A stretch of DNA of 64,000 bases, from positions 930,001-994,000 of the forward strand of contig CAJFCJ010000014.1 in assembly GCA_904063045.1 (NCBI GenBank), read 5' to 3'. Position numbers and translations under genes: made by a program. The notes under the pieces are model-generated. The model had not been told where the DNA came from, searched no databases, and was given only the letters and a program-made list of their open reading frames with translations. Of this stretch, positions 41,341-54,744 are shown in pieces. The number at the start of each line of letters is the position of its first letter. Positions within the stretch are counted from its first letter, which is position 1. This DNA comes from Dimorphilus gyrociliatus. Taxonomy: Eukaryota; Animalia; Annelida.

Positions 41341-41371
41341 AATCAGAACACAGTATTTGGTATAGTGGATT

Positions 41372-44300
41372 ATGCTCGACAAGACTTATTTAACGATGCC
41401 CGATCCGGAATTCGCTGATTTACAAACTGCTTCTACTAATTGCTCTAATAACAGCACGATTAACGACGAGGTTTGTATATAAATACTACATATACAGATT
41501 GTTAAATCTTATTTTTTACTTTGGAATATTTTTTTACTATTCGCTACTTGGTTTACTAAAAAGATCATGACTGTTTTCTATTGACCGTCTTATGTTTCCC
41601 TTTTGTAAATATCCGCCTTTCTATTTATATTTTGGTATATTATGTATGTAAAGTTTACCCGGAAGAAAGAAAGGAATAAAAAATACATACGATACGTTCG
41701 ACCCTCTTAAAGACCCGATAGTTCATCAAAAGCAGACCACGTAGTGATACATGCGGGTGAATTAGCCGAGGCGTGTAGGTTCGATGACCTACTTATAGCT
41801 GCAACGACTACCGCAATCGTCGCAGAGGCGTGCACTAAGAGAATCGTTGACACGTACTCTATTGAAACTGTTACCATAGAAACTCAACATATCTCCCCTA
41901 GTCGAGTGCACGTGCGTGCAACGTAGAACCAGAAAGAAGTATTTTACAATTTTGTTCGGCTTTACAAAGACTCAAAGTTTATTGACAGTCGTAAAATAGA
42001 AATCAGGAGGGGGAAAGAGGGCGAATCAGCACTTGATCCTTTTTCTAACACGTAACTTTTATTTAAAGTTTAATATAGTATTATTATATGCTTAGAGCTT
42101 CAAAGAGACGTTCTACTACGTAACTGAAACCGATGATTAGAGACATCATTGCGTCACCAGAAAATCGACCTGTCCCGGCATGTAAAATGCTTGCGCAATT
42201 TCGGTGAGGCGTGTAAATTCCAGGGCGAATTATCAATTATATACGGTCAATTTTCGCTGAGGAAGGTTTTAGCGATGAACGCCAAGAAAGGCGTTTCTAT
42301 AAAAGGTGCTAATGACGATGACGCCCTCGCCCCCTATTATGCCATCAAGACCCATATAACGCTTCGACGCCTTCATCCTTTATATACTCATTCCTTACGC
42401 TTCTTTGCAGACCGTTATCAATTCGAATGACTCGTCCGCCTCTTCATCGTCTACTACGTCAGTGACGCCTGGTTCTTTGGCTACCTGCGCTGCTTGTGGT
42501 AACAAAATTAGTGAACGTTACAAGTTATTTGTCGCCGACCGATTTTGGCACGAATCTTGTCTACGCTGCTGCGTTTGCAATACCCTACTAGAAGATTCGC
42601 TATTCGTCAAGAATACGCAGTTCTACTGCAAAGAAGATTACTGGGAGTAAGTATACAAAAAGAGTTACATATTATCGCGTTTTTCACTTACATGCGATTC
42701 GCATCAAGCTGGAAAGACGTGACGTCTTCCATAATCGTAAAGAGTGGAATAGGAAACACGTGATTTCCTACAGTTTCATTCGCTACGATTCACCTCCACT
42801 CCTTTTATATATATTGCACTTGTCGCCTGAATATTTCATCGCTTCATTTCCGCGCCTTCGCTCTCGCAGCTGCAAAAATCCTCGGCGGCGAAATGTCAAA
42901 CGAGCATCTGCTAATACTCTTTACAGATTGGGTGTCGATTAAGGGCGGCTGACAGCAACCAGCCTCGGCTCATTGCTGACAGCGGTCAGTTAAATTTGTC
43001 GCCGAGGTCGGAGGTTAGGGTTGGAGGTGATGTCGGGTCGTCGAGCCGTAGCCGCTTTCGGCATTTTTCCCCATTTCGTCCTTCCATCTACACTTTCTTC
43101 AAAAACGTTCCGACGGGGCATAGAAGAAAAGGAAGAACGGAGGTAGGAAGGTAAGGGTTGCAATACGGTCTTCGAAGCGAAAGAAAGCTGTAAGAAAAAT
43201 TTCTATGAAAGAAAGAAAGAAAAGGAAAAAATAGAAAAAAAAAAGAAGGGGTTGGCTGAAATAGAAAGAGCGAATCGTTTGATGGTCAGGCGCCCACGCC
43301 TACCTTGTATACTTTTATATATGCTTATAGCCTGAAGGCCGTAGAACATTCACCTGCTCCCTATGGCAAGTCAAGATAACGCCGATACTAACCGTATTTT
43401 CTTTCGTTCAACGTTTGCGGCAAGGGCTAGTGTAATTCTTTTGTACGGTCGACGACTGTACAAAAGGCGACACGCAGAGCTATTATTGAACAAGTAGAAC
43501 ATGTAGGCCTATTCAAAATGTACGAACTTTAAGAACTTTTGCTTGAAAGTATAGGGGATATATTTGTAATGATTGTGTTAAAGGTACGTTATAAATGTAT
43601 ATTAAAAATCGGGAAATGCCCCGAAGGCTTCGAAATGCGCAAAGCGTTAAACGTACTTTCACCAGGTAGTTGTTTGCCCGCGTACTACGCTAATTACAGA
43701 GCGGTCAGACGCCAATAACGAGCCTTAGACGCCCGCGGACGCCGCACGGCTGCTTTGTAGTCAAAAAGACGTCAAATCGGGAAGCGCGCATTGTTCATAT
43801 TTTACTGTCAAATCCGACCATCGGCGACCCGGCCAACTGCCTCGGCGGGACGCCTTCGTGACGCCTTCGCGTGGCGTCTCCCTATCGATCTTTTTACAGG
43901 TGGAAAATTTGAGAGGAGACTTTCACGGGGGAGAAGGGGAAGGCTCGTTTTTTTTCTTTAATTGTCTTTTTTTTTCTCGAAATACTTTTTGTTAGCTACT
44001 CTAAAAATTGTTTTTTTGCTTTTCTTTTTCGTAGACGCTTCGGTCCTCGTTGTTCTCGATGTTCCTCTGTTATAAGGAGAGGAGAAATGGTAATGAGAAC
44101 CCCGCAAACTCAGCATATCTTCCACACCGACTGCTTCTTTTGCATCACTTGCAATGCTAGATTTCAGCCGGGTGAAGAGTTCGCAATGCGCGACAACCTA
44201 GTCTTCTGCAAACTTCACTACGAACTACCGTTTACCCCCGATTACTGCTCGACGAATACAACACCAGCACCTCAGATACCTCCTCCTCATTTCTATAATG

Positions 44301-46432
44301 GAGTCGGAGTAAATAAGGGCAGACCTCGGAAGAAGAAAAATGCTCAACAGAATTTGGAACACGACCGCTGTCTAATGGGCATAGGTAAGGGCAAGATCGC
44401 ATGTGTTAGCATGCTCACTTCCGCGTCATTTCTCATAGACGCCGCTCAGCAGTCACGCATCAAGCCCCTCTAAAGAAAAAATTGGGGGTGGCGAATAACA
44501 AAGTTTGACAGTCGAACCGTAATACGATAAGGGTGAAACCGCGTAAGAGAGGAATTTATATAAGAGCCGTATCGGATTGGCGGGGGGAATGGATCACCGC
44601 AGGCAAAAACGGGTGTGGTTCTAGTATCCCATACGTCACAGTCCTTGCGTTTGCCCCCTCCCTATACTAGTCTTATCAGTCATAGGGCGTTCCGCAGGTG
44701 CCATCTCCTTATCTACAATCCCCTCTCTAATATCGTATATCACCGTATACGTGCGCACATTTGTACATTCGTTGAAATGAAAGAGTAAGAGTTACCAGGA
44801 TAAAGAAGTACGCAACCACATACACTACAGAAGAGCGCTTAAATTATGTATATAAAAAAAAAACATTATGAGTATTTGAAGGTGGAAGTTACGTTATATC
44901 TGTTCATCTACAAACCAATGTTTGTACATTCGTGTACTGGTGAGTGGGCATCTGTGCGTGTCTGTATCCGTGCATGCAAAAGTATGTCTGTGTGTGTGTA
45001 TGTGTTTGTGTGTGGTCAGTAAAGGCTGCGACTGATCCACGGGTTCGCCCTTCCCGCCCACAATTTTCCAATGATAGGTTGATGAATAGGTATTAAATCG
45101 TAAAAAAAAATTAGACAATAAATTACTGTCTAGATTTGGTAAGGAAGCAAAGTATTCGCCTAACATTTACGACATTCCCTTCTCACGAGGACGCGTGCTA
45201 CGGGGCCTTCTTACGCACGTTCGCAAACAATAATTTTGTATTCGATAGTGCAAATATTGTGAATTGACGGAGCTTTTCCAACTTCTGCGTGCCTCGGTGC
45301 CTGGCGAAGGCTATTGTTGTTGTATGAATGGCACAGTGCGTGAGAAGAGACTAGGTTCGAATGCCGTAAGGACAAGTACACGCATTTCGAATGTTTTCCA
45401 TTTTCCCAGATAATATATAATCTTAATCATATTAATATTTCATTTGACAATAAGTTAGTGAGGGGAATGAACGTAGCGTGCCAAGAAGATGTTGAACGCC
45501 TTCGGCGCGAATCATTGACACAATTAGACGCTCGCCGTGGTGCCAGATTTGAGAACAATGCCACGACATCCTTAGATCGTTTGACGCACTTTATTTTATT
45601 CGCTTCATTTCTTCCGTAGCGCCTTGTCAAAATTTCTCTTACTTTAGATTTTTAATAGTCACGAACTTGACATTTTCCAGTCATCCGAGCCGTGATCGTG
45701 CTGCCTCGCCTAAGTTCTCCTCCTCTTTTTTCATATTTAGCCAAAACAAATCGATTTTATACTACTAAACAAACTAGATAATTCGCTTTTACGTCTTCAT
45801 TTGCAAACTGTAATTTACTCCACCCCATCTGAACCTAAATCACCTCACTCCCTCTACCCCCCTCCGCCCTCTTTCTTTTCTCTCTATACATCCTGCTCTC
45901 TCTCTCCCCCCCTTCTTTCTCTCTCTCTCTCTTTTTGTTTCTCTATTTGTAACTCTCTTTTACTCTTTACGAAATTCTTTTACATTCGAAACGTTTTTGG
46001 AAAAACCTCTTCCGCTCTTGAACGCGAATGGCGCTTAAGTGATCAAAGAGCAGAAGTAGGTCAAGAGGATATATATATATTATATACAGAATTTATATAT
46101 ACTGTATATATATACTGTATATGCTAGAGGGAAGAGTCTATAATTTAGTAGCGTAATCGAATTGTATGTATATCATTATTATTATTATTTATTAAAAAGG
46201 GAGAAAAAATAATTTTTACTTTATATAGAAATAGTGCAGAGAAATATTTGCGGCGAAAGTTATGAGAATGTCTATATTTATAATAGCAGCGATTAATCGA
46301 TAGAGTGTATTTAAAGAATAGAAGCTCCCACGATTCATACGGTAAAGATAGGCCTCCTCTTTTCGCTAGCGCAAGCTCTTTCTCCCCAATTCCTTGTCTG
46401 TCTATGTTCCTTTCTCTGTCTCTCTCTCTCTG

Positions 46433-46463
<31 letters not shown>

Positions 46464-48110
46464 TACTCTTTCTCTCTTCCCCTCTATGCATATGTATATC
46501 TGTCTTTACTGTTTATTTTGTCCCTTCTTTGCTTTGCATCGAGCATAAGTGAGTAGGTAAAAAACAGGAGGGTTACGACCTCTAATAGTTTGTAAAATGT
46601 ATCACTTGACTCGCGCGCCGATTAGCAAACAAATTGTAAGTGGTGTCAAATCTTGAAGAACGTCAGAAGCTGGCCAACCTCCAGCCCTGTCGACTTTCGC
46701 TGCGTTTGCCCTAACGTTTATGACGCAACAGTGACGTCACGAGTACTGGTATTGTTGACGGAATGACGGGGCTAAGGCTGTTGGTTGATGTGGAAACAAT
46801 AGGGCATCCGGCAGGTTGAATGTAATTAGGATCACGTAATCAGGAAGGGATTAATAAAGTAAGGGCTGGAATATCCGACTCGCGAATATACAAAGCCAAC
46901 ATATGTCGCTTAAGTATAGGGTAAATTGAATAGAAGCCTCTAATCAAGTCAGTACCACGCCTACCGAAAGCGGTCGTCCGCGCAATCAGTTTTCCCTTTC
47001 TGGAAAAAAGATCAAAATGCTCTCTTCTCTAATCATACAAGACCGACTTATCTTATCAAAGAAGATTGAAGAAGGGATGGGGTCAAAGATGTAGAGGGAC
47101 ACTAACATATTCTCGTCGTAAATCATATGACAAACGCAGGTGCAACTGCGTTCCGAATGGAATGCTGACAGTAGCCATCAGAATCAGTTATCGCCCGATA
47201 AGAACGAATGGCTGACACGCAATGTAATTCGGTCTTTACTGTTGCTTAGAGAAAGCGGCCGTTCTGTTTACGTAAACAAGCATCTCTATTGATGCGCACA
47301 TGTGTAAACATTGACTTTTGCGGTCAACTTTTGCTTTTCTCTTATCGCTTCATTAGCCCTCTCCTTTTAAAAAAATTATTATTTTGTGGTTTTTTCTCCG
47401 CCCCTACGATCTAGTAAGCCACCCCCTCCCACTTTTATTGAATATTCGCCTATATTTAAATACTCCTCTAATTACTCTCTTTTAACATTTTACGCACGTT
47501 TTTAACCAAGTACTTTAACTTTTTGTAGCACTCTCACACGATGAAAATGATACGATTTCGGCCGACGGCTACGGAGGTCAGCAAGCACCTCGTCAAAAAC
47601 GAGTACGAACCTCTTTCAAGCACCATCAGCTGCGAACCATGAAATCGTACTTCGCACTGAATCAGAATCCAGATGCCAAAGATTTGAAACAGTTGTCGGA
47701 AAAGACGGGATTAACGAAACGCGTTTTGCAGGTATGCTTACTTCGCTTATCCGTAAATAAAAAAATACTAAAAAAAAGAGAGATAGAGAGAATCCTGGAG
47801 TTTTTTTAACTTAAGTACTTTATTTTTTTCCTAAATCTAGGTCTGGTTCCAAAATGCTAGAGCGAAGTACAGGCGGAACATTCTAAAGCAAGAGCAAGAC
47901 AAGGGTGACAACCGAATCACTGCGGACGAACTCAAACAAGAAACGCTGTCAGAAATGCACAACGGGAGCGTCACTTCACCGGCCATGAGCGACACTTCGT
48001 CGGCAACTTCAATGACCGATATTCACAACGGTCACCAGGAAAACGAGCACCCGTCATCCCTCTCCGACCTTTTTTCGAATTCCTTAACAAATATGGCGAC
48101 GGCTATGTGA
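41372..48110 (+). CDS. LHX2/9: LIM-homeobox Lhx2/9 (apterous) copy A; exons 41372-41470, 42411-42646, 44035-44384, 47529-47731, 47841-48110
   Basis: Two LIM domains, the FYNGVGVNKGRPRKKK motif, and the homeodomain KRVRTSFKHHQLRTMKSYFALNQNPDAKDLKQLSEKTGLTKRVLQ|VWFQNARAKYRR, near-identical to Lhx2/9. Confidence 0.96.
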
Positions 48111-48119
48111 ACATTTTTT

Positions 48120-48153
48120 CTCTATATACAAATATATCTAAATATATACAATA

Positions 48154-48195
<42 letters not shown>

Positions 48196-48360
48196 GTATA
48201 AGTACATATTTGTGTATATATAAATATTATATATATAAATATTATATATATATATATATAGCCTTTTATAGAGATATATTACTTATATACCTCTTCTGTC
48301 TCTATTTATGTATATATATATATATATATATGTGTGTACAAACATGAATATAAACATATA
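48120..48360. repeat. TA-rich low-complexity/microsatellite block in Lhx2/9-A 3' region
   Basis: Interrupted (TA)n runs. Confidence 0.85.
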
Positions 48361-49463
48361 TATATCATAAAACAATCAGGCAACTACCGATAAAAAATGC
48401 TAATGACTGCTCAATTCTGTTTTCTTTGAGCGAAGTTTGCTCATTGTAAATATACTCCTCTATAAGATGTGTAAATATTAGCATAAATGTGTCACCTGTT
48501 AAAGTATATACGTGTAATAATAATAATCGAGTGTCTATTTGCGCGTTATACATATCTGATAAATAAAACGAACAAATTCCACATTCCTTCAGCAACCGTC
48601 TGTCTTGTTTATCTGGCGCAGAGTATTTAATAAGAACGTCGGATCTTTTCCGGCGCCCAATGCTTTAGCACTAATTTAAACAAATCACTTAAATTGCCTA
48701 AAAATTGTCTTTAAACGTTTTCCTCGAACAAAAGAAAGAAAGAAAGGAAAGAAGAGATGTAAGGAAAAAAATTAGAAATGGGTAAGATAGAGGAGGAGGA
48801 GGATGAGGGGGAGATGAGGGGGGAGTAAAAGGGGATGGTTCTCTAAGGGAATACTTTTAGTGCGTTGAGGATAGATGAATACGGGGGTGTGGAAGAAAAT
48901 TGAAAGACGGGGGAGGATAGAAGAAAAATGGAGAAAAGGTTTGAGAAAAACCTTTAACCTACGGCAATTCTGGACGCTCTATATATAAATATACATTATA
49001 ATACATGAAAAAGGCCGTCGGGGCAAGTAAAGGGGACATCTGCTCCAAAAGGCTCTATTGCGATTTTGATTAAAGAAAATATTTAAATAGAACAATGTAT
49101 ATGTATTTTTTTTCATCAAAAAATAGTATACACTCCTGAATATAAATATATATATATATTTATATATATATATACTGTGATGGAAAGACAAAATAACAGA
49201 CAAATACGTTGGTAAAGAGAGAGACAGACGACACCCCTTTTTTCCGGCGCTAACGTCTTTACATTTGTTGAATATATGCACGGATTTTCTTCATTATTAG
49301 ACGCGACGAAGAAACAATATGAGGTCTTCATATGATGTTAATTTACGGTTGGTAATTTTAAACGAATGTTTACGTTTCTCCCGCCATTCTGAAAAAGCAA
49401 CTGAATCGTCCGCCGGGATTCGGAATACTGCAAAAAGTCTGCTTGGCAGACGTGCAACCAAGG

Positions 49464-50751
49464 CTATGAATTCTCCAATGGCAAGTCGGGAAAAAATTCT
49501 TGGAGTACTCCGTACTCGTTTTCTATTTCCTCTGCATTCTCTTCGTTAACAATTTGTTCTGTAATATTTATTGTAGAAGTTGCTACTATCCCAGAAGAAG
49601 ATATTGAAGAAGTCGATGACACCTCCGACCCCCTCCTTCTGGATTTGGGCGGTATCTTTTGATTCTTATACGTCGTCGCTGAGGTGGACATTGTCTGTTT
49701 ACGGTTCTTAGCTCTAGCATTTTGAAACCATACTTGTAATACTCGTTTACTGAGGCCTATTTCCTGTGACAACTGCTTTAAGTCCTTGGAGTCGGGATTC
49801 TGGTTCGAGTTAAAGTAGTCCTTGAGAGCGTTCAACTGATCGGGTTTGAAGGAAGTTCTCACGCGTTTCTGTCGCGGTGCGTAGGAAGGGTAGGGATCAC
49901 TTTCGTAGGTTTCTGAGAAAAGTAAGAGTAAAATAATAGTAAGGGAAAAGAGAACGAAATATGGTATAAATGTCAGAAAAAGAGAGTATTGGTTACAAAG
50001 CGTCGAAAATGTCATATTCGAAAAGGGGTGTTACAGGAACACGTCATCTACGCCCATGTTCTCCGTAGCCAACGCCCCACGTTGATCACAAAGGAACTTG
50101 CTTTGCATGTTAGACATTTTCTACATTTATACATTTATAACAGTCTTTGACAAATCACGTACACCATCCCTTTTCAACAGTCGAGCTTTTGCGCTACAAA
50201 CAACATTCCGTTCTCATAAAGTTCGGTCGGCAAACTTTTAAAGGCGTTCATTAAAGCAGCTTTGATTATAGCGCCTATTGGCGTGCGGTTGAATGATGCG
50301 TGAAGTCGATTGCGTAAGAATTCGGTTCGATTGATGACGTAACACAAGGAGCCGGTACATAGATACGACTCCTTTTATAAGAATACTGTATTGGCGACTA
50401 CGTTCACAGGGATACTGTATACTTTGAGTACTATAAACAGCATTGGGCTACTAGAATAGTAGTAGGTATATTGTAAACGTATCTATAAAGTATATATATA
50501 TTTCAAAACCGTTTTCTAATCGTTTCACAAAGACGTAGGCGTGGCAAAACGGATCAAACAAATCTGCTCCCGCGAGGATAATCATAGAAGATGGACGGTT
50601 CGTGATTACGGATTAGCGGCGTCATTAATTCCAAGCGCGGCGCCGTTTTTTCTTCGATTTTCCCCCACGTCCTTCCAACTACCTACTTTTCTTTCTTTCC
50701 TGCTGCCTATGTCTGACTCCCTCCCGCTCTCTATTTCGCTCTTTCGCTCTC

Positions 50752-50805
<54 letters not shown>

Positions 50806-53285
50806 TCTTTCTACTTGACAGCCTGTCTATCAGCCTGTCTGTGAATATATTTCTTTTTTTTTTTACTGTCTCAGTCTCTCTGCATACATCTATGTCTTTC
50901 TCTTTCATTCTCATTTCTATAACCCGCCCAGTTCTTTTTTTCTTTCCCTTTTATCGCCTTTTTTTCCCAACCAATTAAAATCAATCCTACGTCCCTATGC
51001 TTATGTAAAAAAATTCAAATATTTAGTCTATATTAACCCCTCTAAAAGGACCTCACCGCCGCCTAATTGCAGTTGACTGGCCGCGTTCGAGCATGCAAAA
51101 TTTCCCAGTTTCGCACGTCGTTGGTTCAACACAACCGCATTAACTGCACTTCACCGCTGGCTTTTTTGCGCAATTTTCCAGTAGTCTGGCGCCATTCAGA
51201 AGCGCCGCAAGCGGCTTAAGCCGACGGGTCACACCGCCTGCTTTTCAACAGAAATAAACAGATAAACAATAGACGCCTGCCGTGACCGAAACAAAGCTGG
51301 ACAATACGGTTGACGTAAGCTCATTAGTTAACTTCCTAATCACGTCGACCGTCTCTTTGATGGGATACCGCTGGGCGTCACTTGAGCACGACGTTAATAA
51401 AATGTTCAATTCTCCTCCCACAATTCTATTATTCGTCGCCCAGTCATCACAAATACGGTTTTCTTTTTAGAAGAGGAGGGTCGGACTATGTTTATGCAGC
51501 AGCGGGAGAGGAAGATACCGGATCTTCTTCTTGGGTAGCGCGTGTGTGTCTGCACACATGTGTTTCTGACCTATTTCCACTTTCGAAAGTGAAGAGCGTT
51601 GTAACGCCCCCCTCTTATCTATTTTTGAGATAAGATTTTACTAGGTACTTTTCAACACCGTCGTATTTACCCACAACACAGCCCTTACGTCATGGGGAAA
51701 AAACGGAAGCTACAACGTTCAACCAGCTTTGATCAACTGACGTCGAAAAAGTGGAACGAGTAGGATTTTGAGTGGAAGAGCGAGTTCGCTAACGAGCTCT
51801 CTCAAGGTCGGCGACGCTGCGTGCGTTTTCCTTCTTTTTTCTTTCACTCTCGCCTCGGACGCTTGCGCAATACGGCCATGGGCGCTGTCACGGACCTACA
51901 CCTGCGCCCGGCGTCACTCTGGGAACGGAACATACGCAGCCGGCCGGCGCGCGTACGTGGAATATTTTCGCAAATGTCAATAATAATTAGTCCTTACCGA
52001 ATTCCACGTCCAGTAGTGGATTCCTACGTTTCCGTGGTCGCCCTTTGTTAGTTAAGCCGACGCCGTTAAAGAAAGGTAGAGCGGCAGTTTCGGCTTTTGG
52101 CTTCATCTCTTCTTCGTAGTGCTCCCTTTGAAAAGAGAAAGCAATGATTATACAAGTTTTTTTCTCATAGGAAAAGAAAAGAAAAGGGAAGGAAGAGGAG
52201 GGGGGCAAATAGAAATAAAAGGAGAAGAAATTAGCGCCGATTAGCGATGACGAGAAAATTTGACAGCATCGCGACGTGTTTCCAAATACCTGCAAAATAC
52301 TTTCGCTCCGAACATGCCAAATTGCTGTCCGGTCTGCAGTGTTCGGTTACAAGTTTCACACGAGAAACATGTTACATGGTAAACTTCTTCCGCAGCGAAG
52401 AAGACAGGTTCGCTGGATCTAATGGCAATTTCACATCTAGAACACGACCTTTTCTTAAAGATTCTGGAATAAATAGAGAAAGTATAGTAGAAGATACTTC
52501 ATTCTTTGGATAAAAAAAGGGGAGAGAAATTGATACAAAAAGAAAAAAAATTGAAAGATTATATTGTTAAAGGAAAAAAATGGGTGGAACTGTGTGGGAG
52601 GACAGAAAGGGTAAAACCGAGCCGTAAAAATGACCGTTTTATAACTAAAACGAATCGGAGCGTGAAGAAGAAGCGGCTATTACGCTGTGAGACGCAACTA
52701 AAGTCAGTAGGAAAACTACCCGGCAACCGGCGTTTATTTCGGAGGGGGGCGATGCCTGCGAGACAATGAACCCTTCTGGCGTCTTGCCCGCGCAAAACAA
52801 CGCTCCTAATAGGACGTCCCGTCGATAGACAGCTTCGCTTTTTATTGTTATCTCCATATATATACTCGTCACTCTACTACAATATACTAAATATATATAT
52901 CTATACTGTGTACAACTCTCTTGAAACTCGAGGGGATCTGCCGTTCAACCCATTCTGAATGGAACCCTTTCGTGCGCTGTCAATCAAACTTAAGGTTCTC
53001 GACACGAAATAAAACTTACGACCGATAATCCTCCTTACAGTAAATCCTACCGTCCATCGAATAGCATGACTCCTGGAATTCTAGGCAGGTTTGACAATGA
53101 CTACACCGCAAACAGGACGCGTGCCACCAAGAAAAATCGCATTGGAGAATCCATTTATCAGTAATTTTCTCCCCACATTCTTTGCAGATACGAGACGATA
53201 AGGAGTTATCGTTATCGAACGCCGTTAACTCGTTAAGGGGAAATTCCGATCCAAAATCTAAGAAATTCAGAACCGAATCAGACAT
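49464..53285 (-). CDS. LHX2/9: Divergent LIM-homeobox Lhx2/9 copy B; exons 53285-53020, 52463-52290, 52125-51998, 49912-49464
   Basis: LIM1 CKECGEKITD..WHASCLRCSHC..CKED, LIM2 CSRC..YHVTCFSCETC..FCREH, FFNGVGLTNKGRPRKRR, homeodomain KRVRTSFKPDQLNALKDYFNSNQNPDSKDLKQLSQEIGLSKRVLQVWFQNARAKNRK; splice phases compatible. Confidence 0.93.
50755..50800. repeat. (CT)n microsatellite
   Basis: Perfect CT run in the long intron of Lhx2/9-B. Confidence 0.95.
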
Positions 53286-54744
53286 GATATATGCATTTCT
53301 CTCTTGTAAGAAGGAATAGACAAAAAATGAGAGAATCGAATAAACAAATGAGAGTAGTTATTCTTTCTCCACGAACCACAGCTTTCTAGTTTTTCCCATT
53401 TCTTTTTAGAATTTCTTTTATTTATATCGTACAGATATATATACGTCATATATAACGGTTGATAGTGGCAACCGTCGTAAACTAGGGCGTCTCAAATTTT
53501 TATACTTTTTTGTATTTGAATCACCAACCTTAGGTTTTCGAAATTTGATATTTAGCACGGAGAAAATTGAACGAGCACTTAAAAACGTGTTTATCAATTG
53601 TTGTAGAACATTTGCCTTTTATATACGAATTTTTCGCATCGGTTACGTCAAGAATGGGCAAGAAGTGGGTGATAAAAAAAGTTGACAAATTTACATTCAA
53701 TTCCGGGTCTATAATTAAGGGAAAGAGAGGGAAAGAAGAAGAAGAAGAAGAGAGAGATATCTGTTTTTTTGATGTAAAGTTCAGAAACTAGTCTAACAGT
53801 AAAAGCCGAGTTGAAAAAATATCGCGTAAAACTTTTTTCCCTTTTTTCTCTTCTCTTCCCTTTAATTCAGCTACACCGTGAGAGGGCACCACGCGTATGG
53901 GCGGTGACATGTCCGTAGGGCTATGCAGTTTTCCTGCCGATTACAGTCTAAACTGCAAAAGCGTACGTTTTAATGAAACGTTTACGTATACTCGTTAATA
54001 ATCGGAAAAAGAGGAGGGAGAGATGTCGCTAATCTCCTTTCATAGAGTGAATTAGAGGGTAAAAGGAATGTAAAAACATATACTTTTTTATTTCATTCAA
54101 CAAACACTTAATATCTGCTTTAAAAGGTCTATAAATAAACATTCTACTTAAACCGTACAGGCTTAGGCAGTATTTTTTGCCATATATATAAATATATAAT
54201 ATATATATATATTACAAAAATTAAGAACAATATTTGTAAGGCCTATTCCGTCGTCTCCAGCAACAAGCAAGCCGATATGCAAATAACGCAACGTGTACAC
54301 ATCGATAACGCGGATCGACGCTTCATTTGAAGCAAGAAGGGTGGATAGGTGCAGATGAGACTGAAGACAGAAGGAAAAAAAAGTGAGATAAAAGAGAACA
54401 GCTAAGGGACAAGTGAACGAGAAAAAAGAAGTTTGGAGTGGAGAAAGACGGCGTGATAGACGGAAGAAAAGAAGGGAGAAAAAAAGAAAGTAAACGGAGA
54501 GAGAGAGAGAGCGAAGGAGAAAAAAGAAAGAGAGAGAGAGAAACGGACCATAAACAAGGCAGGGCAGATGTTTTCTATAGAAGGAAATCTGAATAAATTC
54601 TCTCCGGTCGCACGCTGAGATTTTTTTCTCAACCGCCGTCGGCGTACGGAGCTGACCTTTCCGCGTCTCGGACCTTTGAAAATATTTCTTCCTCTACCCT
54701 CCTTTTTATCATATTTTATCATACAGAGCTTTGATATAGAAATA

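Noticed and set aside
41775-41792. GTAGGT-TCGATG-ACCTAC hairpin resembling a tRNA T-arm
   Set aside because: No acceptor stem, D-arm or anticodon arm can be folded; loop geometry is wrong.
50541-50978. ORFs rich in SLSL/ERER (also 36075-36435, 45801-46556, 62698-63012)
   Set aside because: Translations of CT/GA microsatellites, not coding.
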